Shown here one piece after another: positions 32,086 to 41,393 of a stretch of 56,468 nucleotides of DNA; position 1 is the first letter of the stretch, and every line of letters begins with the position of its first letter. Position numbers and translations under genes: made by a program. The stretch is from Microbacteriaceae bacterium (GTDB taxonomy: Bacteria; Actinomycetota; Actinomycetes; Actinomycetales; Microbacteriaceae): contig DATMTC010000087.1 in assembly GCA_035565115.1 (NCBI GenBank), positions 1 through 56,468 on the forward strand, written 5' to 3'. A model generated the notes under the pieces. That model did no database searches. It was not told the DNA's origin and saw only the letters and a program-made list of their open reading frames with translations.

Positions 32086-33224
32086 TCGACTCGCGCGCGA
32101 CCGGCGATACCGCTGTGACACGATTCCGGCCTGACCAGCTGGCCGGATTCCGCATCGCCGTGACCAGCGATCGCCGCAGTTCCGATCTGATCGACGCGTT
32201 CAGACGGCGCGGCGCATCCGTGTTGCACGCACCGACGCTGCGCATCGCCAATGCAGCACACGATCAGGCGCTGATCGACGACACGCTCGCAGTGATCGCA
32301 GCGGCGCCGGACATCCTGCTGGCCACCACCAGCTACGGGATGCGCCGCTGGCTCGAGGTGGCGGATGCAGCGGGGCTCGGTGCGCAGCTGGCCGAGACCC
32401 TTGCTGGCAGTGCCGTTCTGGTGCGTGGGCCAAAGTCGCTCGGCAGCATCAGGGCGGCCGGACTCGATGATGCGGGGATGAGTGCAGAGGAGACCACTGC
32501 ATCGCTCGTAGACATGGTGCTCGCCGATTACCCTTCGACGCTCACAGTTGCGGTGCAGTTGCACGGTTACGCCGACGAAATCCAGCTCGAGCGGTTGCGC
32601 GCACGCGGGCATCGCGTTCTGACGGTTGCGCCGTACAGCTGGGCGAGCCCTGATGCGACCGACGAGCGGGTCGACAGATTGATCGAAGCACTCGCGAGCG
32701 CGCAGCTGGACTGCGTAACGTTCACGAGTGCCCCGGCCGTCGACGCGCTGTTCAGCGCAGCGCATGCGCGCGGCCGCTACGACGATGTGCTCGACGCGTT
32801 TGCGACAACCGTGCGCGCGGCAGCCGTCGGGCCGGTCACCGCCGCGCCTTTGCGCGCCGCGGGAATCACCGCCATCCAGCCGGAACGGTTCCGGATGGGT
32901 GCGTTGATCCGGCTCGTCTGCGAGCGTCTGGAGAATGACGGTGTGCACCGGTTGTCCACCCGGCACGGAGATCTCGAATTGCGCGGGTCGGTCGCAGACG
33001 TCGACGGACGGCGCGTCTGGCTTGCACCGAACGCGCTCGCGCTATTCCGCGCCCTCATGGCTGCCGGCGGCGCCGTGGTCTCGCGTGCTGAACTGTCGAA
33101 GTCGCTGGCAGGGCATCCAGACGATCACACGCTCGAGGTCGCCCTCAGCCGGCTGCGCCGATCGCTGGATGCGCCAGGGCTCGTCTCAACGGTTGTCAAG
33201 CGCGGGTATCGCCTCGACGTGTGA
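32082..33224 (+). CDS. nnaR: HemD-like domain plus C-terminal winged helix: nitrate/nitrite assimilation regulator NnaR
   Basis: HemD fold (VTSDRR, RGPK, FTSAPAV, VGPVTA) plus an OmpR-type C-terminus (VVSRAEL...LEVALSRLRRSL...TVVKRGYRL), located in a nitrate cluster. Confidence 0.85.
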   Translation: MIDSRATGDTAVTRFRPDQLAGFRIAVTSDRRSSDLIDAFRRRGASVLHAPTLRIANAAHDQALIDDTLAVIAAAPDILLATTSYGMRRWLEVADAAGLGAQLAETLAGSAVLVRGPKSLGSIRAAGLDDAGMSAEETTASLVDMVLADYPSTLTVAVQLHGYADEIQLERLRARGHRVLTVAPYSWASPDATDERVDRLIEALASAQLDCVTFTSAPAVDALFSAAHARGRYDDVLDAFATTVRAAAVGPVTAAPLRAAGITAIQPERFRMGALIRLVCERLENDGVHRLSTRHGDLELRGSVADVDGRRVWLAPNALALFRALMAAGGAVVSRAELSKSLAGHPDDHTLEVALSRLRRSLDAPGLVSTVVKRGYRLDV

Positions 33225-34418
33225 TCGGCGGCCACTCCGATCGCCAGGAACGATCGGGATCGCAGCAAGCGGGCATACAGCGATGATGGCGAACGCCAAC
33301 GGATAGCCGACCAGCCCGATCAGTCCGCCGACAACTGGCCCGACGGCCGAGGCTGCGAGGAACTGCCCGGTGTTCTGAGCGCCGAGCGCCCTCCCAGACC
33401 ATGCCTGGCCGGCGATCTCAGCCACGGCCGTGTATGCCAGACCGTTGTCGGCGACGGTGATGACGGATGCGATGATCAACAGCGGCGCGACAGACCAACC
33501 GCCGAGCACATCCGTCGCCGCGAGGCCGACCATAACCGCAACGGCGGAGAACGCAACCCAGCGAAGCGGTCGCAACCGGCTGCCGACGCGGTCGCTGAGA
33601 ATGCCGACGCCGATCCGTCCGAAAGCGCCGATGAACTGGCATGATCCCACCAGGATGCCCGCGGCCGCCGCAGGCCAGTGCCACTGGGCGACAAGCCACA
33701 CCAACCCGAACGTCGAGACCGTGAACTGCGGAACGACCAGCAGAACAGACACCGCGTGGATTCGCCACAGCGTCGCGTCGCGACGATACGGGTTGCTGAG
33801 GGCCGGCTTGACAGTCACCGCAACTGGTTGGGCACGTGCCGGATCCACGATCCAGATCGCACACGCGATGGCCGACAGTAGTGTGAGCGCGGCAGGCAGG
33901 GCGAGGGCGAGTGCGATCCCACCGCTTGCCGCCAGCGGTGGAATCGCAATCGCGGCGATGGCGACGCCAAGCGGTTGACACATCTGACGGATGCCCATGG
34001 CCAGCCCCCGGCGTTCCCGAGGGAACCAGCCGACCACGATCCGGCCGCTGGCGGCGTTCGGACTCGCTGCCATCATCCCTCCGACAAAGAGGCAGACTCC
34101 GAGTGCCAGGTACCCGGCTGAGAACATCGCGGCGACGGCGGCACCGGATGCCAGGAACAGGCCGACTGCGATCACCCGGCGCTCGCCAATGCGGTCAGTC
34201 AGTGCGCCCCACGCGATCAGAGTCACGACCATGCCGAGGGTCGGGGTGGCCGCAAGCGTTCCTGCTGCCGCCAGGCTCAGGCCCCTCTCGGTGTGCAGCA
34301 AAGGGATGAGGAATGCCGGCGTGCTGACGAGCACGCTTGCACTGGCCTGTGCGATCACGCCAAGTGCGAGCATCAGCCAGGGGCGGGCGACGGGGATGCG
34401 CTTGCTCGGTGCACTCAT
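33186..34418 (-). CDS. MFS transporter, substrate unknown
   Basis: About 12 TM helices; WGALTDRIGER, WFPRERRGLAMG, SDRVGSR. Confidence 0.88.
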   Translation of the reverse strand: MSAPSKRIPVARPWLMLALGVIAQASASVLVSTPAFLIPLLHTERGLSLAAAGTLAATPTLGMVVTLIAWGALTDRIGERRVIAVGLFLASGAAVAAMFSAGYLALGVCLFVGGMMAASPNAASGRIVVGWFPRERRGLAMGIRQMCQPLGVAIAAIAIPPLAASGGIALALALPAALTLLSAIACAIWIVDPARAQPVAVTVKPALSNPYRRDATLWRIHAVSVLLVVPQFTVSTFGLVWLVAQWHWPAAAAGILVGSCQFIGAFGRIGVGILSDRVGSRLRPLRWVAFSAVAVMVGLAATDVLGGWSVAPLLIIASVITVADNGLAYTAVAEIAGQAWSGRALGAQNTGQFLAASAVGPVVGGLIGLVGYPLAFAIIAVCPLAAIPIVPGDRSGRRSHVEAIPALDNR

Positions 34419-34463
34419 TCCATCATGGTATACCAAGCGGGTATGCCACTGGTGTCGCCTGTG

Positions 34464-34883
34464 CTACGCGACGCTCGCGCTCTCCGCCGCATCGAGCATC
34501 GCACCGGAAACCACGGTGTAGCAGGCGATCCACGCTTCGCGAACGTCCGGCGTGAACTCGTCGCCAAGGCCTTTGGACAGTGTCTCGATCAGTGCAGCAC
34601 CGACGGTGTCATAATCGTCACTTGTCACGCCGTATGAGACATGCCGAGCGCCGAGCGCGCGCACGTGCCCGACGACCGAACCCCAGTCATCCAGTCCGTT
34701 GACGGCCGTGCCGAGCATCATCATCAGCTTCCTGCGTTGCTCAGCCATGTCTTGTGCGAACAGACTCCGCAGCTTCGGATCGCGTTCGAAGAGTTCGTCG
34801 TAGAAGATCACGGCAGCGGCATCCGCGATGGGCGCCACCTTCGCAAAGCTGCTCTTGACGAGCTCGATTTCTTGAGGGTTCAT
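34464..34883 (-). CDS. Single-domain 3/3 globin (flavohaemoglobin-globin / Vitreoscilla Hb-like)
   Basis: FYDELFERDPKLRSLF (B10 Tyr, CD1 Phe), E7 Gln, LGARHVSYGV (F8 His), YDTVGAALI, EAW...Y. AAGGAG RBS. Confidence 0.92.
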   Translation of the reverse strand: MNPQEIELVKSSFAKVAPIADAAAVIFYDELFERDPKLRSLFAQDMAEQRRKLMMMLGTAVNGLDDWGSVVGHVRALGARHVSYGVTSDDYDTVGAALIETLSKGLGDEFTPDVREAWIACYTVVSGAMLDAAESASVA

Positions 34884-34911
34884 CAGTGTCTCCTTTTCCG
34901 GTCAGTCGTCG

Positions 34912-35064
34912 ACGCTAAGCAACCCGGGTTCCACCGGTGTCTCCGGCCGATCACCGCCAGGTAAAAACAACCTCATGCGGCGACGAACGGCGTGTGAGCA
35001 ACGCGTGATCGAACGTTAACGACCACCGCCATCGCCGGAAACACACGCTCAATAGCGTGAGCCC
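34912..35064. promoter_or_regulatory. Divergent globin/narK promoter with GlnR-like arrays and an NnaR-like inverted repeat
   Basis: Minus strand: TTTAC-n6-GTGAT-n6-GAGAC-n6-GGAAC (34928-34965). Central CTCATG-n15-TGTGAG (34972-34998). Plus strand: GTGAT-n6-TTAAC...GAAAC (35005-35042). TAGCGT -10 on both strands. Confidence 0.72.
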
Positions 35065-36471
35065 ATGAGCACATCGACTCCAACACCCACGACGCCAACT
35101 AGCACTGCGGCGACAACCACTGCGTTGACGTACCGGCCTGGCCGCTGGATAGACGGCTGGGACCCGGAGAACGAAACGTTCTGGGCCGGCGAAGGCAGAT
35201 CCATTGCACGCCGCAACCTCGGCTGGTCGATCTTCGCCGAGTTCCTCGGATTCGTCGTCTGGCAACTGTGGAGCATCGTCGCGGTCACGCTCCCTGCCGC
35301 AGGATTCCACCTCGACACCGGCCAGACGTTCTGGTTGATCTCCATCCCGAGCCTGGTTGGCGCAACGCTCAGATTCCCGTACTCGTTCATGGTGCCGAAG
35401 ATCGGCGGCCGCAACTGGACGATGATCTCCGCGACGCTGCTCCTGATCCCCGTGATCGCACTCGCACTCTGTGTTGGCAACCCTGACACCCCGTTCTGGA
35501 TGCTGTTGACTGCGGCGGCATTAGCAGGTTTCGGCGGCGGCAACTTCGCCAGCTCGATGTCGAACATCACGTTCTTCTATCCGCAGCGCGAGAAGGGCTG
35601 GGCGCTCGGGCTGAATGCGGCAGGCGGGAACCTCGGCGCATCCGTCGCCCAGTTCGTCGTTCCCATCGCGATCACGATCGGCGCAGGCGTCACGCTCAAC
35701 CTGCCGATCGCCGGTTGGATCTGGATTCTGCCTATCATCGTTGCGATCGTCGGGGCGTACAGGTGCATGGACAACCTGTCACACGCGAAAGCCGACTTCG
35801 GCGCGTCCCTGGCCGCCCTGCGTGAACCGCACATGTGGATGCTTGCGCTGCTGTACATCGGAACGTTTGGCTCGTTCATCGGGTTCGCCGGGGTCTTCCC
35901 CAAGCTGATCATCGACCAGTTCCCGGCGTTCTCGACCTTCCAAGTCGGATCGGCTTCCCTCTCGCTTGCCTTCCTCGGTGCGCTCGTCGGCTCGCTCGCC
36001 CGGCCGTACGGTGGCCGCCTCGCCGACCGTTTCGGCGGCGCGCGCGTCACTGTCGCATCCTTCGCCTGCATGGCGGCTGCCACGTTCTGTGTCATCTTGT
36101 TGAGCGGCAGCTTCTGGCTGTTCCTCGGCCTCTTCCTCATCCTGTTCATCGCGTCAGGCGTCGGTAATGGGTCGACGTACCGGATGATCCCCACCGTGTT
36201 CGCCGCCAGGGCCGGGGTCAAGGATGCTCACATCACGGCCGGAGACGTGTCGGTGCAGCGCAAGACTGCTGCGGCCCTCGGGGTGATCTCGGCGATCGGG
36301 GCGTACGGCGGTTTCGTCATTCCGCAGGTGCTCGGATTCTCGAAGTCCACAACCGGCGGCTACGACCTCGGCCTCTGGTGGTTCATCGCAGGATACGTGG
36401 TGCTCCTTGTTCTCACGGCCGTGCTCTATCTGCGCCGCGGGGCATCCAGCACGCAAGGCGCCCGCGTGTGA
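35065..36471 (+). CDS. narK: Nitrate/nitrite MFS transporter (NarK/NasA family)
   Basis: WDPEN..FW, nitrate signature GFGGGNFASSM, GLNAAGGNLG, YIGTFGSFIGF, GVGNGSTYRMIP. Confidence 0.95.
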   Translation: MSTSTPTPTTPTSTAATTTALTYRPGRWIDGWDPENETFWAGEGRSIARRNLGWSIFAEFLGFVVWQLWSIVAVTLPAAGFHLDTGQTFWLISIPSLVGATLRFPYSFMVPKIGGRNWTMISATLLLIPVIALALCVGNPDTPFWMLLTAAALAGFGGGNFASSMSNITFFYPQREKGWALGLNAAGGNLGASVAQFVVPIAITIGAGVTLNLPIAGWIWILPIIVAIVGAYRCMDNLSHAKADFGASLAALREPHMWMLALLYIGTFGSFIGFAGVFPKLIIDQFPAFSTFQVGSASLSLAFLGALVGSLARPYGGRLADRFGGARVTVASFACMAAATFCVILLSGSFWLFLGLFLILFIASGVGNGSTYRMIPTVFAARAGVKDAHITAGDVSVQRKTAAALGVISAIGAYGGFVIPQVLGFSKSTTGGYDLGLWWFIAGYVVLLVLTAVLYLRRGASSTQGARV

Positions 36472-38573
36472 GCATCGACACGCATTGCCCGTACTGCGCT
36501 CTGCAGTGCGCGATGAACCTGAGCCCGAACCAGACCTTGGATGCCGCAACGCCACCCGTGACCGTTGCAGGACGCGCGTTCCCGACGAACCGAGGCGGCC
36601 TGTGCAAGAAGGGCTGGACATCCGCCGAGCTGCTGAATTCGCCTGATCGCGTCACGCAGCCGATGACACGCCAACCTGACGGCACGTTCCTTGCCACAGA
36701 CTGGACGAGCGCGCTCGACACGATCGCCGACCGGCTGCTGGCTTCGCGCGATGCACACGGTGCCGACTCGGTCGCCGTCTTCGGCGGTGGAGGGCTCACC
36801 AACGAGAAGGCGTATCAGCTCGGCAAGTTCGCTCGCATTGCCCTCGGCACGTCGCGCATCGACTACAACGGCCGATTCTGCATGTCATCCGCCGCCGCGG
36901 CCGGGACTCGGGCGTTCGGCATCGACCGTGGATTGCCGTTTCCGGTCGAGCACCTCGACAGTGCGACAACGATCATGCTGCTCGGCTCGAACGTCGCTGC
37001 AACCATGCCACCGTTCATCGGACACCTGGGCGGCGCTCGCGCATCCGGTGGGCTGATCGTCGTCGATCCACGCAGAAGCTCGACGGCGCGACTGACAGAA
37101 GACGGTGCAGGCCTCCACATCGCGCCGACCCCTGGCAGCGATCTGGTGCTGCTTCTCGGACTGATCCACATCGTCATAACCGAGCACCTGTACGACAAGG
37201 AGTACGTTGCGTCGCGGACCACCGGGTTCGACGCGTTGGCAGCCAGCGTCGGCCAATGGTGGCCGCATCGCGTGCAGTCTGCAACCGGAGTTCCCGTCGG
37301 TGTTCTCCGCGAGGTCGCGCGACGCCTCGCAGGCGACGGTGGCACCTACATTCTCACCGGACGCGGCGTAGAGCAGCACGTCGACGGAACAGACACCGCC
37401 ACCGCGGCGATCAATCTCAGCCTGCTTCTCGGTCTTCCCGGCAGCACCCACTCCGGCTACGGCACGCTGACCGGCCAGGGTAACGGCCAGGGCGGGCGCG
37501 AACACGGACAGAAGGCCGACCAGCTGCCCGGCTACCGCAAGCTCGCGGATCCGGCGGCCCGGAAACACGTCGCAGGGGTGTGGGGAGTCGACCCTGACTC
37601 ACTTCCAGGGCCAGGCATCCCAGCCACCGAGCTCCTCGACTCGATCGGCATGCCAGGCGGCGCACGCTGCCTGCTCGTGCACGGATCGAACGTCGTGGTC
37701 TCGGCACCGGATGCAGCAGAAGTGCGCTCCAAGCTCGGCAGGCTGGACCTCCTGGTGGTCTGCGACTTTTTCTTCTCTGAGACTGCGGCGCTCGCCGATT
37801 TCGTGCTTCCCGTCACGCAGTGGGCGGAGGAAGAAGGCACCATGACGTCGCTTGAGGGGCGAGTGATTCGGCGCAGGAAGGCGATCGACCCGCCGCCAGG
37901 CGTGCGCAGCGAACTGTGGATCATGCGCGAGCTGGCCTGGCGGCTGAAATCCCCCGGTGTGTTCAGCGCAGACCCTGCAGCCGTGTTCGACGAGCTGGCG
38001 CGCGCTTCTGCAGGCGGCGTTGCAGACTACTCGGGAATCAGCCACCAGCTTCTCGACACCGAGACGCCGGTCTTCTGGCCGTATCCGCCTGGATCGAACG
38101 GAACGCCACGCCTGTTCATCGATCGGTTCGGCCACGACGACGGACGCGCCCGGCTGGTCGCAGTCGCAGCTGCACCGCCACCTGAGCCGCTGTTCCAGAA
38201 CGGAATGCTCACGCTCATCACCGGCAGGCTGCTCGAGCACTACCAGTCTGGCGCCCAGACCAGGCGCGTGCCCGAGCTCAATGCTGCCCAACCGCACGCA
38301 CGCATGCAGATTCATCCCGTTACGGCCGCCGCGTTCGGCATCGCGCCGGAATCTGCTGTGGAGATCAGCAACATACGCGGGCGGGTGCGCTGCGTTGCGG
38401 ATGTCACGCCAGACATCAGGCAAGACACCGTGTTCCTGCCGTTTCATTACGCCGGTGACGAGTGCGCGAACGTACTGACCCAGAGCGCGATCGACCCGAC
38501 ATCCGGAATGCCCGAGTTCAAGACCACGGCCGTGCACCTGCGCGCGCTGTCACGCGAGGTGACACTGCGATGA
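36468..38573 (+). CDS. nasA: Assimilatory nitrate reductase catalytic molybdopterin subunit
   Basis: THCPYCALQC...LCKKG 4Fe-4S motif, NGRFCMSSAA, TGQGNGQGGREHG, molybdopterin dinucleotide C-terminal domain (DPTSGMPEFK). Confidence 0.93.
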   Translation: MSIDTHCPYCALQCAMNLSPNQTLDAATPPVTVAGRAFPTNRGGLCKKGWTSAELLNSPDRVTQPMTRQPDGTFLATDWTSALDTIADRLLASRDAHGADSVAVFGGGGLTNEKAYQLGKFARIALGTSRIDYNGRFCMSSAAAAGTRAFGIDRGLPFPVEHLDSATTIMLLGSNVAATMPPFIGHLGGARASGGLIVVDPRRSSTARLTEDGAGLHIAPTPGSDLVLLLGLIHIVITEHLYDKEYVASRTTGFDALAASVGQWWPHRVQSATGVPVGVLREVARRLAGDGGTYILTGRGVEQHVDGTDTATAAINLSLLLGLPGSTHSGYGTLTGQGNGQGGREHGQKADQLPGYRKLADPAARKHVAGVWGVDPDSLPGPGIPATELLDSIGMPGGARCLLVHGSNVVVSAPDAAEVRSKLGRLDLLVVCDFFFSETAALADFVLPVTQWAEEEGTMTSLEGRVIRRRKAIDPPPGVRSELWIMRELAWRLKSPGVFSADPAAVFDELARASAGGVADYSGISHQLLDTETPVFWPYPPGSNGTPRLFIDRFGHDDGRARLVAVAAAPPPEPLFQNGMLTLITGRLLEHYQSGAQTRRVPELNAAQPHARMQIHPVTAAAFGIAPESAVEISNIRGRVRCVADVTPDIRQDTVFLPFHYAGDECANVLTQSAIDPTSGMPEFKTTAVHLRALSREVTLR

Positions 38574-40123
38574 CGGTGCTGCGGGTTGTGCTCGTCGGAT
38601 ATGGGCCGGTCGGCGCCCGATTCGTCGAAGAACTCCTTCCTGCCGTGCGCACCGGCGCGATCGCCCTGACGGTGATCGGGGCGGAGCCGACCGATGCATA
38701 CAACCGGGTGCTGATCGCCGACTACGCGGCAGGCCGCACCGACCGCGACGCCCTCGCGATCACCGATGCGGATGCCGCAGTCGCCGCCGGCGTGCGATTC
38801 CAGACCGGAACGCGCGTGAGGAGCATCGACCGCACTGCATGCACCGTCACGCTGGATTCCGGCGCCATCGAACCATACGACCGGCTCGTGCTGGCCACAG
38901 GGGCGCGCGCCAATATTCCGACGCTCGCTGGCATCCGGCGTCCGGTTGCGACGGATGCTGCACTACCGCCGGGCGTGACGGTGCTGCGCGACATTGCAGA
39001 TGCCGAGCGTGTTCGAGTCGCCGTGCGCCATAAGGCACGCATCGTCGTGCTCGGCGCGGGTGTTCTCGGCCTGGAGATCGCATTGGCCGCCGCGACCCAA
39101 GGCGCCGATGTGCACATCGTGCACCACAACGGGTATCCGATGGCGCGCAACATCGACCGTGCAGGCGGAAGCGTGCTCGCGCGCAGTCTGCGCGCCGCAG
39201 GCGTGAACGTTGTGGCGCACAGCAGGGCCGAAAGTGTCGATTTCCGCACGGATGATCACGGCGTCTCCCGGTTCGACGCGCTGATCTGCGCGGACGGCAA
39301 GCGCATCACAGGCGACCTGCTGTTGCTTTCCTGCGGAGTAAGCGCGCGCATGGAACTCGCGACGCTCGCCAACCTGCCCACCTCGACCGGCATTCTCGTC
39401 GACACGCAGTTGCGCTCATGGGGCGACCGGCACGTCTTCGCGATCGGCGACTGCGCGCACGTCACAGACCTGAGCGAGCATGAACCGGATGCCCGGCCAC
39501 GCGGCGGGCCATCCGGCCTGATCGGCCCCGGCTGGCGACAGGCGGCATGGCTGGCGGCGAGCATGATCGCGGACGCGTCTGGCGAAGCGACTCCCCCACC
39601 GCTTGAGCCGGAAAAGGCGAGCGTCGTCATGCTGAAGGCCGACGACATCGATGTCGTGGCAGCAGGCAACGTCGACGCCGACCCGTGGGACGAGCCGGGA
39701 ACAGACTACTCGGCGCCCGCTGTGTCTCAATGGGCGGACCCGGAGCACGGCCGCTACGTGAAGATGGTCACCCGCGCAGGCGTTCTCGAGGGGATGGTCT
39801 GTGTTGGCATGCCAAGAACCGGGGCGGAGCTGACGCTGCTGTTCGAGCGCGGCAGCGAGCTGCCCGCCGATCGGTCCGTGCTGCTGCGACACGACGGTCC
39901 AGAGTCGACAGCCGTGACCGAAGCGTTCGAGGCGGACGCGACGGTGTGCTGGTGCAATGGCGTGAGTGCTGGCAGCATCCAGGAGTCGGTGAACGCCGGA
40001 TGCCGCACGACAGACGAGGTCGGAGCAGCCACCCGCGCTGGCACCGGTTGCGGAGGATGCAAGGGGCGCATCACCGAGCTGATCGCTCAGTTCGCCGCAC
40101 GCTCGACGGCGACGGTCAGCTGA
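38570..40123 (+). CDS. Assimilatory nitrate reductase electron-transfer subunit (FAD oxidoreductase plus BFD 2Fe-2S; NasC/NasB-like)
   Basis: VGYGPVG, YNRVL, GAGVLGLE, AIGDC, C-terminal VCWCNGV...AGTGCGGC. ATGA overlap with nasA. Confidence 0.88.
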   Translation: MTVLRVVLVGYGPVGARFVEELLPAVRTGAIALTVIGAEPTDAYNRVLIADYAAGRTDRDALAITDADAAVAAGVRFQTGTRVRSIDRTACTVTLDSGAIEPYDRLVLATGARANIPTLAGIRRPVATDAALPPGVTVLRDIADAERVRVAVRHKARIVVLGAGVLGLEIALAAATQGADVHIVHHNGYPMARNIDRAGGSVLARSLRAAGVNVVAHSRAESVDFRTDDHGVSRFDALICADGKRITGDLLLLSCGVSARMELATLANLPTSTGILVDTQLRSWGDRHVFAIGDCAHVTDLSEHEPDARPRGGPSGLIGPGWRQAAWLAASMIADASGEATPPPLEPEKASVVMLKADDIDVVAAGNVDADPWDEPGTDYSAPAVSQWADPEHGRYVKMVTRAGVLEGMVCVGMPRTGAELTLLFERGSELPADRSVLLRHDGPESTAVTEAFEADATVCWCNGVSAGSIQESVNAGCRTTDEVGAATRAGTGCGGCKGRITELIAQFAARSTATVS

Positions 40124-40706
40124 CCGGCTCGCCTGGCTCGTCGTCCTGAGAGTCATCGTCAGGGAGTTCCTCGAACAGCCCAGCAGGAGGCGTGACTGTG
40201 ACGATTCCTGCCGCAACGTCGACGGTGGGCACAATGGCTTTGACAAACGGGACGAGCACTTCACCTGCGTCGGTCTTGACTGCGAGCAGGTCGTGGGCTG
40301 GCAGATGATCGACGCGTGCGATGGTGCCGACGGTCGCTCCGTCGCGAACGACCTTCAACCCGACCAGCTGGTGGTCATACCAGGCATCGTCCTCTTGCGG
40401 CAGTTCGGTGCTGTCCTGGTCGACCCACAGAATAGCCTTCGCAAGCGTTTCGGCTTCGGTGCGATCGGAAACACCCTTGAAGAACCCGACCGGCTGTCCG
40501 TTGTACCAGCGCAGTTCGGCCAGTTCGATGCTCTTGCCATGCCACTTCGACCCGGTCGGCACCTGCAACGAGAATTGAGCTCCAGGCACAAACCGATGTT
40601 CTGGATCGTCTGTATACAGCTCGAGCTTGAGCGCGCCCTTCAGACCGTGGGCTTTCGTCAGGCGGCCAACACGAAGTTGCGTCCGCGGAGGGTTCTTGCC
40701 TGACAC
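40116..40706 (-). CDS. rimM: Ribosome maturation factor RimM
   Basis: VGRLTKAHGLKG, DRTEAE, WYDHQLVGL, LVPFVKAIVP. Confidence 0.97.
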   Translation of the reverse strand: MSGKNPPRTQLRVGRLTKAHGLKGALKLELYTDDPEHRFVPGAQFSLQVPTGSKWHGKSIELAELRWYNGQPVGFFKGVSDRTEAETLAKAILWVDQDSTELPQEDDAWYDHQLVGLKVVRDGATVGTIARVDHLPAHDLLAVKTDAGEVLVPFVKAIVPTVDVAAGIVTVTPPAGLFEELPDDDSQDDEPGEPVS

Positions 40707-40707
40707 C

Positions 40708-40944
40708 TTAGGAGTCTGTGTCGATGACGTCGACGCGCACGCGGCGACCGTCAGCCAACGCGGAAACCAGCGTGCGCAATGCCTTTGCTGTTCGGCCGGA
40801 GCGGCCGATGACCCTGCCGAGGTCCTCGGGGTTCACGCGAACCTCGAGGACTTCGCCACGGGGAGAGCTTTTCGCCACAACGAAAACATCGTCAGGGTTG
40901 TCGACGATGCCTTTGACGAGGTGCTCAAGAGCGGGTGCGAGCAA
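40708..40944 (-). CDS. khpA: KH-domain RNA-binding protein (KhpA/YlqC)
   Basis: LVKGIVDNPDDV, DLGRVIGRSGRTAKALR; located between rpsP and rimM. Confidence 0.93.
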   Translation of the reverse strand: MLAPALEHLVKGIVDNPDDVFVVAKSSPRGEVLEVRVNPEDLGRVIGRSGRTAKALRTLVSALADGRRVRVDVIDTDS

Positions 40945-40946
40945 TG

Positions 40947-41393
40947 TTAGGCCTTCTCGGACTCGGAAGCATCGGCCTCATCGGTCGCTGAGCTTGTCGA
41001 AGCATCCTCGGCAGGCGCCTCTTCCTTCTCGGCCTTCGGCTTCTCGGCCTTCGGCTTCAGCACCGGCTTCTTCTTCTCGTCGGCCACGAACGCGACCTTT
41101 TCTTCCTTGGTCTTCAGCGTGCTCTTCGGGTTCTTCTCGCCCTTGAACGTTCCCCAGTCGCCCGTGAGCTTGAGGATGGCCTCGACCTGCGGGCTCGGCT
41201 GTGCGCCGACGCCCAGCCAGTAAAGTGCGCGCTCTGAGTCGACCTCGATGAACGAGGGCTCCTCTGTCGGGTGGTACTTGCCGATCTCTTCGATCACGCG
41301 ACCATCGCGCTTGGTGCGCGAGTCGGCGACGACGATGCGGTAGTACGGGGCACGAATCTTGCCCAGGCGCTTCAGACGGATCTTGACAGCCAC
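40947..41393 (-). CDS. rpsP: 30S ribosomal protein S16
   Basis: [42 protein letters not shown] start after an AGGAG RBS. Confidence 0.99.
   Translation of the reverse strand: MAVKIRLKRLGKIRAPYYRIVVADSRTKRDGRVIEEIGKYHPTEEPSFIEVDSERALYWLGVGAQPSPQVEAILKLTGDWGTFKGEKNPKSTLKTKEEKVAFVADEKKKPVLKPKAEKPKAEKEEAPAEDASTSSATDEADASESEKA
40985..41003. repeat. REP-like 19-bp repeat unit, copy 2; inside the rpsP C-terminal tail
   Basis: tcgctgagcttgtcgaagc, encoding ASTSSA(T); 18/19 identical to 4902-4920. Confidence 0.6.

Noticed and set aside
32082-33224. Plain uroporphyrinogen-III synthase (hemD)
   Set aside because: The C-terminal winged helix and nitrate-cluster context indicate the NnaR regulator.
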